Positions 28,196 through 37,570 of a stretch of 64,000 bases of DNA are shown here, one piece after another. The notes under the pieces are model-generated. The model made no database searches and was not told the DNA's origin. It worked only from the letters and a program-made list of their open reading frames with translations. The translations under genes and the position numbers were made by a program. How positions within the stretch are numbered: position 1 is the stretch's first letter; each line of letters opens with the position of its first letter. Source of the stretch: Oscillospiraceae bacterium (GTDB lineage: Bacteria; Bacillota; Clostridia; Oscillospirales; Ruminococcaceae); contig JAZQOZ010000147.1 of NCBI GenBank assembly GCA_045628085.1, positions 3,439 to 67,438 of the forward strand. Direction: 5' to 3'.

Positions 28196-29431
28196 ATGAT
28201 ACATCCACTCAGAAAACTCCTGTCAGCCGGTGCCGCATTCGTCATGATGCTCGGCAGCATTCCGGCGATACCGGCAGCCGCAGCTGATGCGGTCACGCTG
28301 AAAAGCGGCATCTGGATGCTCGAAAAAGGCACGGACAAACTCTATTACCTGCTCAAAGAAGACGGAAAAGGTGAGATCTGCGCCGGCAAAAAGCATTCCC
28401 CCATTGCATATACACAGGCAGACAGCAAAGTCACGATCTCCTATTTACAGGAAAACCGGATCCCGGAACAGCTTTCTCTGCGTATACAGGATGATACATA
28501 TTATGCACAGATCGCTGACAGCGAATACCGGATGATCTATCTCCAGCCCGTGACCGAAGCGGACAGCACACGCTGTTTCACACCCGGCGACATGACACAG
28601 GACGGAAACTTCTCGATTTACGATTCTACGTTGGTTCTGCGGTATCTGATCGGGACATATCCGATGTCGAATGTGCAGATGACACTTGCAGATTTTAACA
28701 ACGATCATGTTGTCAACGCGACTGATCTCACACTGATCAAGCAGGCTTTGATTGATCCCTCAAAGCAGCCGGATGAACCGGACGAGCCTGATGAACCGGA
28801 TGTCCCCGATGAGCCCGACGAGCCAGTGATCGAACAGAAGGTCATGCTGAACGCGATCGAATATAATCAGCATCCCGCCTATCCGACCGGATGCGAAAGC
28901 ATCGCGCTTTACATCCTGCTGAAATACTATGACACGGATGTCACACCTGCGCAGATCATCGAGGCACTGCCAAAAGGACCGCTGCCTTCTCAAAGCAACG
29001 GCGCGTTGTACGGTGCAAATCCGGAGCGTGAATTTGTCGGTGATCCGACTACAAATTATTCCTACGGCGTATTCAATGCACCGATCGCACAGACGGCAGA
29101 GCTGTTCCGCGCCGGTGTCATTACCGAAAAGAACGTACCTTTAGAAGCGATTTTTCCGATCATCAGCAGCGGACAGCCTGTGATCGCGTGGTACACCACA
29201 ACACCGGACCGCGATATCATATACAAAAACTCGTGGTACGATTACGAGACAGGCGAACTCATCAAATGGCCGGGCGGTGAACACGCTGTCGTGGTCTGCG
29301 GATACGATCTGGATGCAGGAACACTCACCTATCGCGATCCGAATACAGGCGGAAGCAACACGCTCCCGATCGAGAAATTCCGAAAAATCTACGACGAACT
29401 CGGCGGCAGGATCGTATATTACAATGAATAA
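28196..29431 (+). CDS. secreted dockerin-containing C39-like (Peptidase_C39_2 type) cysteine peptidase
   Basis: Start trimmed to MIHPLRKLLSAGAAFVMMLGSIPAIPAAAADA, a signal peptide. The dockerin duplicated Ca-binding segments are DMTQDGNFSIYDSTLVLRYL and DFNNDHVVNATDLTLIKQAL. A PDEPDEPDEPDVPDEPDEP linker follows. The C-terminal domain has YPTGCESIALY (Cys) and GGEHAVVVCGYD (His). Confidence 0.8.
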   Translation: MIHPLRKLLSAGAAFVMMLGSIPAIPAAAADAVTLKSGIWMLEKGTDKLYYLLKEDGKGEICAGKKHSPIAYTQADSKVTISYLQENRIPEQLSLRIQDDTYYAQIADSEYRMIYLQPVTEADSTRCFTPGDMTQDGNFSIYDSTLVLRYLIGTYPMSNVQMTLADFNNDHVVNATDLTLIKQALIDPSKQPDEPDEPDEPDVPDEPDEPVIEQKVMLNAIEYNQHPAYPTGCESIALYILLKYYDTDVTPAQIIEALPKGPLPSQSNGALYGANPEREFVGDPTTNYSYGVFNAPIAQTAELFRAGVITEKNVPLEAIFPIISSGQPVIAWYTTTPDRDIIYKNSWYDYETGELIKWPGGEHAVVVCGYDLDAGTLTYRDPNTGGSNTLPIEKFRKIYDELGGRIVYYNE

Positions 29432-29436
29432 AATGA

Positions 29437-29469
29437 ACGGAGTCTGTGATAAAACAGACTCCGTTTTTC
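29437..29469. terminator. bidirectional terminator
   Basis: 10-bp stem ACGGAGTCTG / CAGACTCCGT plus TTTTT, between convergent genes. Confidence 0.7.
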
Positions 29470-29478
29470 ATAGATGAT

Positions 29479-29988
29479 TCAATTTCGCCAAGCCTTTGCA
29501 ACATCAGCAGCCTTATGCAGACGATTGCCGAGTGCATAGATATTATCATAGAAAACCGTCAGGCTTTCACCGCCGGAACGTACAAAATCCGTAATCAGAG
29601 TGCCGTAGCACTGCGTGGTCATAACCTTCAGCGAAGCCGCACCGCGTTCGCAGATGTCATAAACATCGTGGATCAGAATAGAGGACAGAAACTTTCGTCT
29701 GTTCATTTCAAATTTCAGCCAGCGGACAGCGAAATCCCATTCCTTTTCACAGCCGTATTTCTCAGCTGCATAAGGTGTATCATTCAGCGCAGCATCCACA
29801 AGGCTTGCATACAGCCAAACGGAAGCAGCCAGCGACATATCGCTGCGGTCGCGTGCAGAGATGTTTTCTTCCTTGTACGCCTTGAAAAACAAGTTGTCTA
29901 TCTCCGTCAGAAGTGTTTTTTTCTTCACAGATTGCGGAATAACCGTTTGAATGGTCTGTATTACATTCGGTACCTGAAATATAGTCAT
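29479..29988 (-). CDS. hypothetical cytoplasmic protein, 169 aa
   Basis: RBS AAAGGGGAA. It has its own promoter at 30028-30056. No recognisable motif, signal peptide or TM segment. Confidence 0.6.
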   Translation of the reverse strand: MTIFQVPNVIQTIQTVIPQSVKKKTLLTEIDNLFFKAYKEENISARDRSDMSLAASVWLYASLVDAALNDTPYAAEKYGCEKEWDFAVRWLKFEMNRRKFLSSILIHDVYDICERGAASLKVMTTQCYGTLITDFVRSGGESLTVFYDNIYALGNRLHKAADVAKAWRN

Positions 29989-30027
29989 AACGATTCCCCT
30001 TTCATGTTGAGAAAATGATCCACAATC

Positions 30028-30056
30028 AGCATATCACATATTTGGTAAATTGTCAA
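30028..30056 (-). promoter_or_regulatory. sigma-A type promoter for the 29479-29988 gene
   Basis: Reverse strand TTGACA-17 nt-TATGCT. Confidence 0.5.
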
Positions 30057-30093
30057 TGTGCATTTTTAACAAAACACAGTACATCCGTTTGGG

Positions 30094-30137
30094 CAAAAAA
30101 ATACGCCCTCCTGCGGGCAGAGAGGTACACGCAGGAG
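30094..30137 (-). terminator. rho-independent terminator with no annotated gene upstream of it
   Basis: Minus strand reads CTCCTGCG-14 nt loop-CGCAGGAG, then GGCGTATTTTTTTGCC. Confidence 0.6.
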
Positions 30138-30487
30138 AGCTGTTCCGATTGACCGGCATACCCGGCACTGAGAAAGGATGTAATCCAACACCTTTGTATG
30201 TGCATCTACAAAGATGTTCTGTACAATATAAATATAGCATATCTGCTGAATAAAATCTAGTTCAAAATTGCGGTATTCGAGTTGTTCGGCGGAAGAAAAA
30301 CGCAGTGAAAACAAAGGATCAATCATGATGCATAGTGTCAATAATCGCGTATCTGCGCAGCTTTCGCAATCAAGTGCCTTGTACACACAGATTCGGCAAA
30401 TATTACAAATCACAATTATTGAGCAAACCACAGCATATTGCACATATTCGCAACCTGTATGCGCAGGATATTCGTTTGTATATACTT

Positions 30488-30535
30488 AAAAATGAGATCC
30501 GTGTTCAGCACATCTGCACACCGGATCTCATTTTC
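30488..30535. terminator. bidirectional hairpin terminator
   Basis: AAAAATGAGATCCG...CGGATCTCATTTT, an 11-bp stem flanked by an A-run and a T-run. Confidence 0.55.
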
Positions 30536-30580
30536 TATAAAAGCACCCAACCCGTCTGACGCAGCATTCAGACGGGTTGG
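30536..30580 (-). terminator. rho-independent terminator of the sugar ABC operon
   Basis: 13-bp stem CCAACCCGTCTGA / TCAGACGGGTTGG, followed on the minus strand by GTGCTTTTATAG. It is 65 nt after the permease stop. Confidence 0.7.
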
Positions 30581-30644
30581 AAACATGGAAATGAAGTAGA
30601 GAGGGGGAAACTTACCAGATTACTGGTATATGAAGGAATAGGGA

Positions 30645-31496
30645 TTATTCCTTGACACCACCGAGAGCTACACCCGCGATGATATACTTCGAGAGAAGGA
30701 AGTAGATCACGAAAATCGGGAGAACTGTCAGCAGAAGTCCGAGGTAAACTGCGCCGTACTCAGTCTTATACATATCACCGTTGAGCTGGGCGACCATCAT
30801 CGGCATTGTCCACTTGTTCTTATCAGTGAGAAGAATCATCGGGATGAACAGGTTATTCCACTGGGAAACGAAAATGAAGATAGCCTGTGTTGCCATGCCG
30901 GGCTTACAAAGCGGAAGTACGATCTTATTGAAGGTCAGGAATTCTCCTGCACCGTCAATACGCGCAGACTGTACGATCTCCATCGGCAGAGCCGGGATCA
31001 TGTATTGCCGCATGAAGAATACCGTCGCAGGCGCGGCGATCGCAGGCAGGATCAGCGCTGCAAAATTATTCGTCATACCGATCTTATACATGAACTGGTA
31101 GAAACCGATCGAAGAAACAGTTGCCGGGATCATCATGATTGCCATAATCATTGCGAAGAAAGCCTTTTTCACTTTCCAGTCATAAGCAACGACTGCATAA
31201 GCGGTCAGCGTCGAGAAATAGACGCTCAGAAGGGTTGCACAGACAGCAATAATTGCGGAATTGAAGAAACCAGACAGCGGGTGGAACGTTTTTGTCGTCA
31301 GAACGTGCATATTGTTCATCAGATACTTAGAAGGGATGAACGAGATCGCGTGTGCCTGAATCTGCGCGGAACTTCTCGTTGCATTCACGATCATAACGAT
31401 GAACGGGAACAGGCTCAGAATAGCCAGAAGAATACAGACAACATACTGAAAAATTCTGTATGCAAGGGCGCCGTTACGGTTTGATGCTTTGCTCAT
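30645..31496 (-). CDS. carbohydrate ABC transporter permease (MalG/BPD_transp_1 type)
   Basis: 283 aa with 6 hydrophobic segments and an EAA-like loop SARIDGAGEFLTFNKIVLPL. ATGA overlap with the upstream permease gene. Confidence 0.88.
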   Translation of the reverse strand: MSKASNRNGALAYRIFQYVVCILLAILSLFPFIVMIVNATRSSAQIQAHAISFIPSKYLMNNMHVLTTKTFHPLSGFFNSAIIAVCATLLSVYFSTLTAYAVVAYDWKVKKAFFAMIMAIMMIPATVSSIGFYQFMYKIGMTNNFAALILPAIAAPATVFFMRQYMIPALPMEIVQSARIDGAGEFLTFNKIVLPLCKPGMATQAIFIFVSQWNNLFIPMILLTDKNKWTMPMMVAQLNGDMYKTEYGAVYLGLLLTVLPIFVIYFLLSKYIIAGVALGGVKE

Positions 31497-32470
31497 ATCA
31501 CGGACATCCCCTTTCTTCTTTTCTTCATATCAGCCTTCTTGAGCTTTTCTGCAGCGATCGCGTCCTTATCACGCATGATATAGAACAGAATAGCAGAGCA
31601 TACGCTGATAATGATGAACATGATGATACTTGCAGCAGCAGCCTGACCAAAGAGCTGCTTGCCGGTAAATGCCTTATCGTAGATAAAGACACTTGTTGTG
31701 GTGGTTGCCATGTCAGGACCGCCGCGGTTAAACAGCTTCGGAACGTCGAACATATTCAGACCGCCGATGAGGCTCGTAACAAGCGTATAGAGCAGAACGG
31801 TCTTGAGGTTCGGAATTGTGATCTTGAAGAAGATCTGCGCACTGTTCGCGCCGTCAATATCCGCTGCCTCGTAGATATCAGGGCTGATACCGAGAACACC
31901 GGAGATCAGGACGATCATCGTATTGCCGTACCAGATCCAGAACTGGATGAATGCAACGATGAGCTGAGAAGCAGTCTTATTGACAATGAAGTTATAAGTT
32001 GTTTCAATAATGCCTGCGCCCTTCAGGATCTCGTTGATCGGGCCGTTCGGATAACCGAACAATGCATTAAAGAGAATTGCTATGGTTGCAGCCGTAATGA
32101 TATTCGGCATATAGAACAGGACTTTGAAGAAGCCCTGTCCCTTGATGGTCACACGGCGTGCGGTAAACCACGCAGTCAGCACCATTGCAAGTGTGATCTG
32201 CGGGATAAAATTCATAATCCAGAGTTTCACCGTATTCTTGAGGCTGGTGAGAAATGTCTGGTTTGTCAGAATTTTTCTGAAATTACCAAACGGTTCCTCA
32301 AGAAGCTTGATTTCATTTCCGACACCGTGTGCATCCGTAAATGCAAGCACGAACGTATATACGGTCGGATACAGCGTAAATATCAAGAAGATAATAACAA
32401 ACGGAAGTGCAAATAAATAGCCGTACTTGGCATAAGACATTCCTTTGAGATGCTTTTGGCTACCAGTCAA
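31493..32470 (-). CDS. carbohydrate ABC transporter permease (MalF type)
   Basis: EAA loop AADIDGANSAQIFFKITIPNL. The likely start is TTG 32470, with AAAGGAGG 8 nt upstream. The track ORF (to 32515) would run through an intercistronic hairpin. Confidence 0.85.
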   Translation of the reverse strand: MTGSQKHLKGMSYAKYGYLFALPFVIIFLIFTLYPTVYTFVLAFTDAHGVGNEIKLLEEPFGNFRKILTNQTFLTSLKNTVKLWIMNFIPQITLAMVLTAWFTARRVTIKGQGFFKVLFYMPNIITAATIAILFNALFGYPNGPINEILKGAGIIETTYNFIVNKTASQLIVAFIQFWIWYGNTMIVLISGVLGISPDIYEAADIDGANSAQIFFKITIPNLKTVLLYTLVTSLIGGLNMFDVPKLFNRGGPDMATTTTSVFIYDKAFTGKQLFGQAAAASIIMFIIISVCSAILFYIMRDKDAIAAEKLKKADMKKRRKGMSVI

Positions 32471-32500
32471 AGTAAATGCCTCCTTTCGGAAGCTGCTTCC

Positions 32501-32532
32501 GGAGCGGAGCGCCATTAGGGTGACGCTCCGCC
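32501..32532 (-). other. intercistronic GC-rich stem-loop between the binding-protein gene and the permease gene
   Basis: GCGGAGCG / CGCTCCGC, an 8-bp stem with a 12-nt loop and no T-run. This fits an mRNA-stabilising or processing element, as is common after SBP genes. Confidence 0.4.
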
Positions 32533-32586
32533 CTCAGCAGCGAATTTATGCTAAGGTTTCAGGATCAAACGTGCAATTTGGAAAAA

Positions 32587-33987
32587 TTACTCAGCAGCTT
32601 CGATATCGAGCTTGTCAGAAACAGCCTGCTTGAAGTCCTTGATTGCATCTTCACGGGACTTGTTGCCTGCGGTGTACTGACGAACCTGATCACGCCACTC
32701 AGCGTTGATAGCCTCATCATACGGAGTGAGGTTCTTACCGTTTGCGTTGTCGTTCGCCGGAACGAATACGTCAAACATATTCTGACCGCCGAGGATCTCA
32801 ACTTCACCGTTGGACTTCTCCATGACGACAGAGGAAGCAACTGCGTCCTTTGTACCGCCTTCGCCGTACAGAGTGCCGTTTGCCCACATATACTGGAGGC
32901 CATCTTCATCAGTGTTCAGGGTGATCCACTCGATGATCTTACCGACAGCTTCCTTCTTGTCGCTGTCCTTGCAGCCGAGAACCCATGTGCCGCCCCAGAA
33001 GAAGCCGACAGGCGGTTCGCAGACTGCCCAGTCACCGAATGTATCGTGGACGTTGTCCTTCATGGTGTAGTTGATCAGCCATGCCGGGCCGAAGAAGCCG
33101 AGGATACCCTTATCGCCGGTACCAGCCATATCAGCATACCAGCTGTCGGTCCAGTCCTGAGTATCGTTGTGGTAGCCGTTGTCCTTCAGAGTCTTGGACA
33201 GATCGAGGAATGCCTCACGCTTTGCGTCGATGACGAGCTTGTCATCAACAACCCACGGCTGATCGGAGCTGTTCTCAACAGCGTGCCACATATCGCCGTC
33301 ACCGGAGCAGATGCCGTAGCCCTTTGCCTTCAGCTTCTCAGCTGCCTCAAAGAACTTCTCCCAGCCCGGTCCGATTTCCTTCTGGACGGTAGCCGGATCA
33401 TCAGAACCGAAAACGTCCTTAGCGATGGAACGACGATAGATGAAAGCACCGCCGGTTGCCTGATAGCCCAGACCAACGAGCTTGCCGTCATTGTTGGTAC
33501 CGATATCAACAGTGTACTGTGCGATACCAGCAGACTCAACCTGGCTGATATCAATGCCGAGGTCCTCATACGGAGCAACGTACTTGGAGCCTTCGCCCTG
33601 AGTGTACTTCTTTACGAATGCAGCTTCTGCAGCGAACATATCAACGCTGCCGTCTGCCAGAGCCTGATCCAGAGCCGGCTGATATTCCTGGTTCGTGGTC
33701 GGGATCTGAGTATCATTGATGGTGTAACCGAAATCCGGGTGCAGCTCAACATACTTCTTGACCATGTCCGGAACTTCGTTTGTGAAAGCGTACAGGTTGA
33801 TAACGCCCTTTTCACCCTCAGCAACGGACTCGGACTCAGATTCAGATTCTGCTTCAGAAGAAGATTCTGCCTCAGAAGAAGACTGTGCCTCAGAGCTGGA
33901 GCTGTCAGCTGTGCTGGTGGAATCACCGCAAGCGGTGAAGCTGAGCATAAGGCTCAGAGCTGCGATAAGAGAAAGTGCCTTTTTCAT
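32587..33987 (-). CDS. ABC transporter extracellular solute-binding lipoprotein (sugar family 1)
   Basis: Lipobox LMLSFTAC, then an acidic Ser/Glu linker, then an SBP_bac_1-like body. RBS AGGAGGA. Confidence 0.88.
   Translation of the reverse strand: MKKALSLIAALSLMLSFTACGDSTSTADSSSSEAQSSSEAESSSEAESESESESVAEGEKGVINLYAFTNEVPDMVKKYVELHPDFGYTINDTQIPTTNQEYQPALDQALADGSVDMFAAEAAFVKKYTQGEGSKYVAPYEDLGIDISQVESAGIAQYTVDIGTNNDGKLVGLGYQATGGAFIYRRSIAKDVFGSDDPATVQKEIGPGWEKFFEAAEKLKAKGYGICSGDGDMWHAVENSSDQPWVVDDKLVIDAKREAFLDLSKTLKDNGYHNDTQDWTDSWYADMAGTGDKGILGFFGPAWLINYTMKDNVHDTFGDWAVCEPPVGFFWGGTWVLGCKDSDKKEAVGKIIEWITLNTDEDGLQYMWANGTLYGEGGTKDAVASSVVMEKSNGEVEILGGQNMFDVFVPANDNANGKNLTPYDEAINAEWRDQVRQYTAGNKSREDAIKDFKQAVSDKLDIEAAE
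33848..33901. repeat. three tandem 18-nt units encoding the SSSEA(Q/E) linker of the lipoprotein
   Basis: TCTGCTTCAGAAGAAGAT / TCTGCCTCAGAAGAAGAC / TGTGCCTCAGAGCTGGAG on the plus strand. Confidence 0.7.
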
Positions 33988-34074
33988 AATTCATCCTCCT
34001 AGTGCTGTATAAAGCAAATTTATACGGGGTTTCCGCCGGTCAGGTCAGCGGAAATATTTGCACAGCCTGCCTGA

Positions 34075-35397
34075 TTACAGGCTGAACAAGACGTTGTTTA
34101 CGATGGATTCGAGAAGTTCCTGTCTGCCGCTTGTGAGGGAATCCGTGACCTCACCCTTCTTGATTGCGTAGTCGCTCAGTGCCTTGAGATCAACCTTGCC
34201 GTCGATAATATCCTTACCGATGCCGGTTGTCCAGCTTGCATAACGGTCTGCAACGAACTTATCAAGTCTGCCGTCTGCGATCAGAGCGCGTGCAGCCTTG
34301 AAGCCGAGTGCGAATGCATCCATACCTGCGATGTAGGAGAGGAAGATATCTTCCGGAGTGAAGCTGCCGCGGCGAGCCTTTGCATCGAAGTTCAGACCGC
34401 CGTTGGTGAAGCCGCCTGCCTTGATGACCTCATACATACAGAGTGTGGTGTCATAGACATTGGTCGGGAACTGGTCGGTATCCCAGCCGAGGAGCGGATC
34501 GCCCTGGTTTGCGTCGATCGAACCGAAGAAGCCGTTGACACGGGCAACATCAAGTTCATGCTGGAAGGTATGCTGTGCAAGTGTTGCGTGGTTTGCCTCA
34601 ATGTTCATCTTGAAGTCCTTATCAAGACCGTACTTTCTGAGGAAGCCCATAACAGTTGCGGTATCAAAATCATACTGATGCTTGGTCGGCTCCTTCGGCT
34701 TCGGCTCGATGTAGAAATCGCCGTCGAAACCAATGCTTCTGCCGTAATCAACAGCCAGATGCATCAGACGAGCCATATTGTCAAGCTCAAGTCCCATATC
34801 GGTGTTCAGCAGTGTCTCATAGCCCTCACGGCCGCCCCAGAACACATAGCCCTTACCGCCGAGCTGAACGGTTGCGTCGAGCGCAGCCTTGATCTGTGCA
34901 GCAGCATAAGCAAAGACATCAGCGGACGGAGAAGTGCCTGCACCGTGCATATAGCGCGGATGATCGAAGCACTTTGCAGTACCCCAGAGGAGCTTTTTGC
35001 CGGTTTCCTTCTGCTTCTTTTCGAGGTAATCAACGATGACCTGGAGCTTCTCGTTGGATTCGCCGAGATTTGCGTACTCCGGAGAGAGGTCACGGTCATG
35101 GAAGCAGTAGTAGTCAATGGAGAGCTTATCCATGATCTCGAAAGCGGCATCGACCTTTGCCTTTGCTCTTGCATCCGGATCAGACTCACCCCAAGTCTTG
35201 TCAGCAGTACCGACACCGAACATATCTGTGCCGTCGCCGCCCATTGTATGCCACCAGCTCAGTGCAAACTTCAGATGCTCACGCATCGGCTTGCCGTCGA
35301 TGATCTCATCGGGGTTGTAGTACTTGAATGCAAGGTCATTCTTGGAATCCTTGCCCTCAAAGGGGATCTTGCCGATATTCGGGAAAAATTCGCTCAT
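34075..35397 (-). CDS. xylA: xylose isomerase
   Basis: 440 aa with [29 protein letters not shown]...FCFHDRD...[18 protein letters not shown], the canonical XylA sequence. Confidence 0.95.
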   Translation of the reverse strand: MSEFFPNIGKIPFEGKDSKNDLAFKYYNPDEIIDGKPMREHLKFALSWWHTMGGDGTDMFGVGTADKTWGESDPDARAKAKVDAAFEIMDKLSIDYYCFHDRDLSPEYANLGESNEKLQVIVDYLEKKQKETGKKLLWGTAKCFDHPRYMHGAGTSPSADVFAYAAAQIKAALDATVQLGGKGYVFWGGREGYETLLNTDMGLELDNMARLMHLAVDYGRSIGFDGDFYIEPKPKEPTKHQYDFDTATVMGFLRKYGLDKDFKMNIEANHATLAQHTFQHELDVARVNGFFGSIDANQGDPLLGWDTDQFPTNVYDTTLCMYEVIKAGGFTNGGLNFDAKARRGSFTPEDIFLSYIAGMDAFALGFKAARALIADGRLDKFVADRYASWTTGIGKDIIDGKVDLKALSDYAIKKGEVTDSLTSGRQELLESIVNNVLFSL

Positions 35398-35421
35398 GAT
35401 AAAGTTCCTCCGTTCAAAAAA

Positions 35422-37524
35422 TTAAAGGGAAATTGTTTTGCTCAGACACGCAGTTCCGGTGAGCTGTTCGCTCAGCGGATCGGGCTGACACGTTCCGGCA
35501 TACAGCACGTAGTTTTTGCCGCGTACTGCACGAACGCCGTTCTCATCCACAGATGTGAATGCGATTTCAGGGATCTCAGCAGATACTGTCTGCGTTTCGC
35601 CGGCTGCAAGATGGACGCGGACGAATCCGCAGAGCGCCGGATATTTCACAGCACATTCGCTGTCATCCTTCAGATAGAACTGCACAACATCATCGGTATC
35701 GGTCTTGCCGGTGTTTGTGATCTGAAGCGTGACCTTTTTCCCGTCAACAGCAAGATCGGAGCAGGCTGTTTTGGAATAGGTCAGACCGTATCCGAACGGA
35801 TACAGAATATTATCTCTGGTATAGCGGTAGGTACGTCCTGCCATGCTGTAATCCTCGAATGCAGGAAGTTTATCTGCATTCTCATAGAACGTGACAGGCA
35901 GCTTGCCGGACGGTGAAACTTTGCCGAACAGGATATCTGCCAGCGCCTTACCGCCGCTTTGACCGGGATACCATGTGTGGATCAGAGCATCGCAGTCCGC
36001 TTCTACATTGATCGCACTGCCGACAGCCGATACAATGATAACGGGCTTGCCCTTTTCCATGACCTTCTTTACAAGCAGGCGTTGCGGATCAGGCAGACGA
36101 AGGTCAATTTTATCGCCGGATGCAAATTCGTTTCCGGCATCGCCTTCTTCACCCTCGATATACGCATCCAGACCGACGCAGAGAATCACGAGATCGGATT
36201 GTTCTGCAACGGTTTCTGCTTCAGCAAGGCGGTCATTTTCTCTTGCGAGTCCGCTGACGCGGTCTTTATAGAGGTGACATCCTTCTGCACAAAGCACTCT
36301 GCCTTCAAATGCATCCTGAATGCCCTCAAGGAATGTGATATAACGGTCAGCCGTACCGCAGTAGTTGCCTTCCAGCGCCGCGCGGCTGTTTGCATTCGGG
36401 CCGATCACGCCGATCGTCTGATACTTCGATGCATCCAGCGGAAGAATACCGTTGTTTTTCAGAAGCACCATTGATTTGCGTGCATATTCAAGTGCAAGGT
36501 CTTTATGCTCCTTGCAGGCGACAACCGAATACGGAATATCGTCATAAGGTGTATGTTCATCGAGCATACCGAGACGGATCCTCGAACGCATCACATTGAT
36601 GCAGGCTTTCCGGATATCCTCTGCGGTAATCATTCCGGCATTGAGTGCATCCATGAGCTTGTCATAAACTCTGCCTGCATTGAGATCGCAGCCGCTTTTG
36701 ATCGCTGCTGCGGCAGTTTCCTCGGCTGACGCAGTCAAACCGTGATTTGTATGGAAATCTTCGAGTGCGCCGTAATCGGATACGAAGTGTCCGTCAAAGC
36801 CCCATTCTTTCAGTTTTGCCTGAAGGAATGTACTTGCGCACGAGCCTTCGCCGTTGACACGGTTATAAGCGCCCATGACGCTCTCGACATTTGCATCCTG
36901 CACCAGCGCACGGAACGCCGGAATGTAGGTATCCTCAATATCGTGTGCATTTGCTCTTGCATCGAACGAATGCCGGATCGCTTCCGGTCCGCTGTGTACT
37001 GCAAAATGCTTTGCGCAGGCTGACGTCCGGAGATGCTCCTTATCATCACCCTGCAAACCGCTGACAAATGCTTTTCCAAGCTCAGCGGTCAGGAACGGAT
37101 CTTCGCCGTATGTTTCCTGTCCTCTGCCCCAGCGGGGATCGCGGAAAATATTGATATTCGGCGACCAGATCGAAAGACCTTTGTAAATATCGCGGTCACC
37201 GTGCTTTGCAAATTCGTTGTGTTTTGCACGCTGCTCAGTCGAAACGACCTCACCTGCGCGTTTGACTGCATTCTGATCGAACATTGCGGCCATTGCGATC
37301 GCCTGCGGGAACATGGTCGCTACACCGGCACGCGCCGCGCCGTGCAGACCTTCATTCCACCAGTTATAAGCAGGGATACCGAGCCGTTCGACTGCCGGTG
37401 CATCGTAAATAAGCTGTGCAGCCTGTTCGGCGGTTGTGAGCCGATCGACCAGATCCTCTGCACGTTCCTGCGCAGTCAGCGTAACATCACGGAATTTTTC
37501 CAATACAGAATACCTCCGTTTCAT
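35422..37524 (-). CDS. glycoside hydrolase family 3 (beta-xylosidase / beta-glucosidase)
   Basis: GH3 motifs: RDPRWGRGQETYGEDP and GHFVSDYGAL (nucleophile region). Three starts are possible: TTG 37542, ATG 37524 and TTG 37503. The last has GGAGG 9 nt upstream and gives a family-typical (M)EKFRDVTLTAQERAEDLV N-terminus. Confidence 0.88.
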   Translation of the reverse strand: MKRRYSVLEKFRDVTLTAQERAEDLVDRLTTAEQAAQLIYDAPAVERLGIPAYNWWNEGLHGAARAGVATMFPQAIAMAAMFDQNAVKRAGEVVSTEQRAKHNEFAKHGDRDIYKGLSIWSPNINIFRDPRWGRGQETYGEDPFLTAELGKAFVSGLQGDDKEHLRTSACAKHFAVHSGPEAIRHSFDARANAHDIEDTYIPAFRALVQDANVESVMGAYNRVNGEGSCASTFLQAKLKEWGFDGHFVSDYGALEDFHTNHGLTASAEETAAAAIKSGCDLNAGRVYDKLMDALNAGMITAEDIRKACINVMRSRIRLGMLDEHTPYDDIPYSVVACKEHKDLALEYARKSMVLLKNNGILPLDASKYQTIGVIGPNANSRAALEGNYCGTADRYITFLEGIQDAFEGRVLCAEGCHLYKDRVSGLARENDRLAEAETVAEQSDLVILCVGLDAYIEGEEGDAGNEFASGDKIDLRLPDPQRLLVKKVMEKGKPVIIVSAVGSAINVEADCDALIHTWYPGQSGGKALADILFGKVSPSGKLPVTFYENADKLPAFEDYSMAGRTYRYTRDNILYPFGYGLTYSKTACSDLAVDGKKVTLQITNTGKTDTDDVVQFYLKDDSECAVKYPALCGFVRVHLAAGETQTVSAEIPEIAFTSVDENGVRAVRGKNYVLYAGTCQPDPLSEQLTGTACLSKTISL

Positions 37525-37570
37525 CGAAGCGGCATCCGCCAATCTTCGAGGAACTTTTATATGGAACGGA

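Noticed and set aside
30066-30443. 125-aa minus-strand ORF in the 650-nt gap.
   Set aside because: It reads straight through a rho-independent terminator and a promoter. It is Cys-rich and has no RBS.
32548-35916. Two long plus-strand ORFs: 32548-34002 (484 aa) and 34558-35916 (452 aa).
   Set aside because: They are antisense to the solute-binding protein gene and to xylA/GH3, and their sequences are low-complexity. The same reasoning applies to 7938-9125, 10560-11528, 12389-13501, 16538-17683, 45819-46832, 47995-49296 and 120-884.
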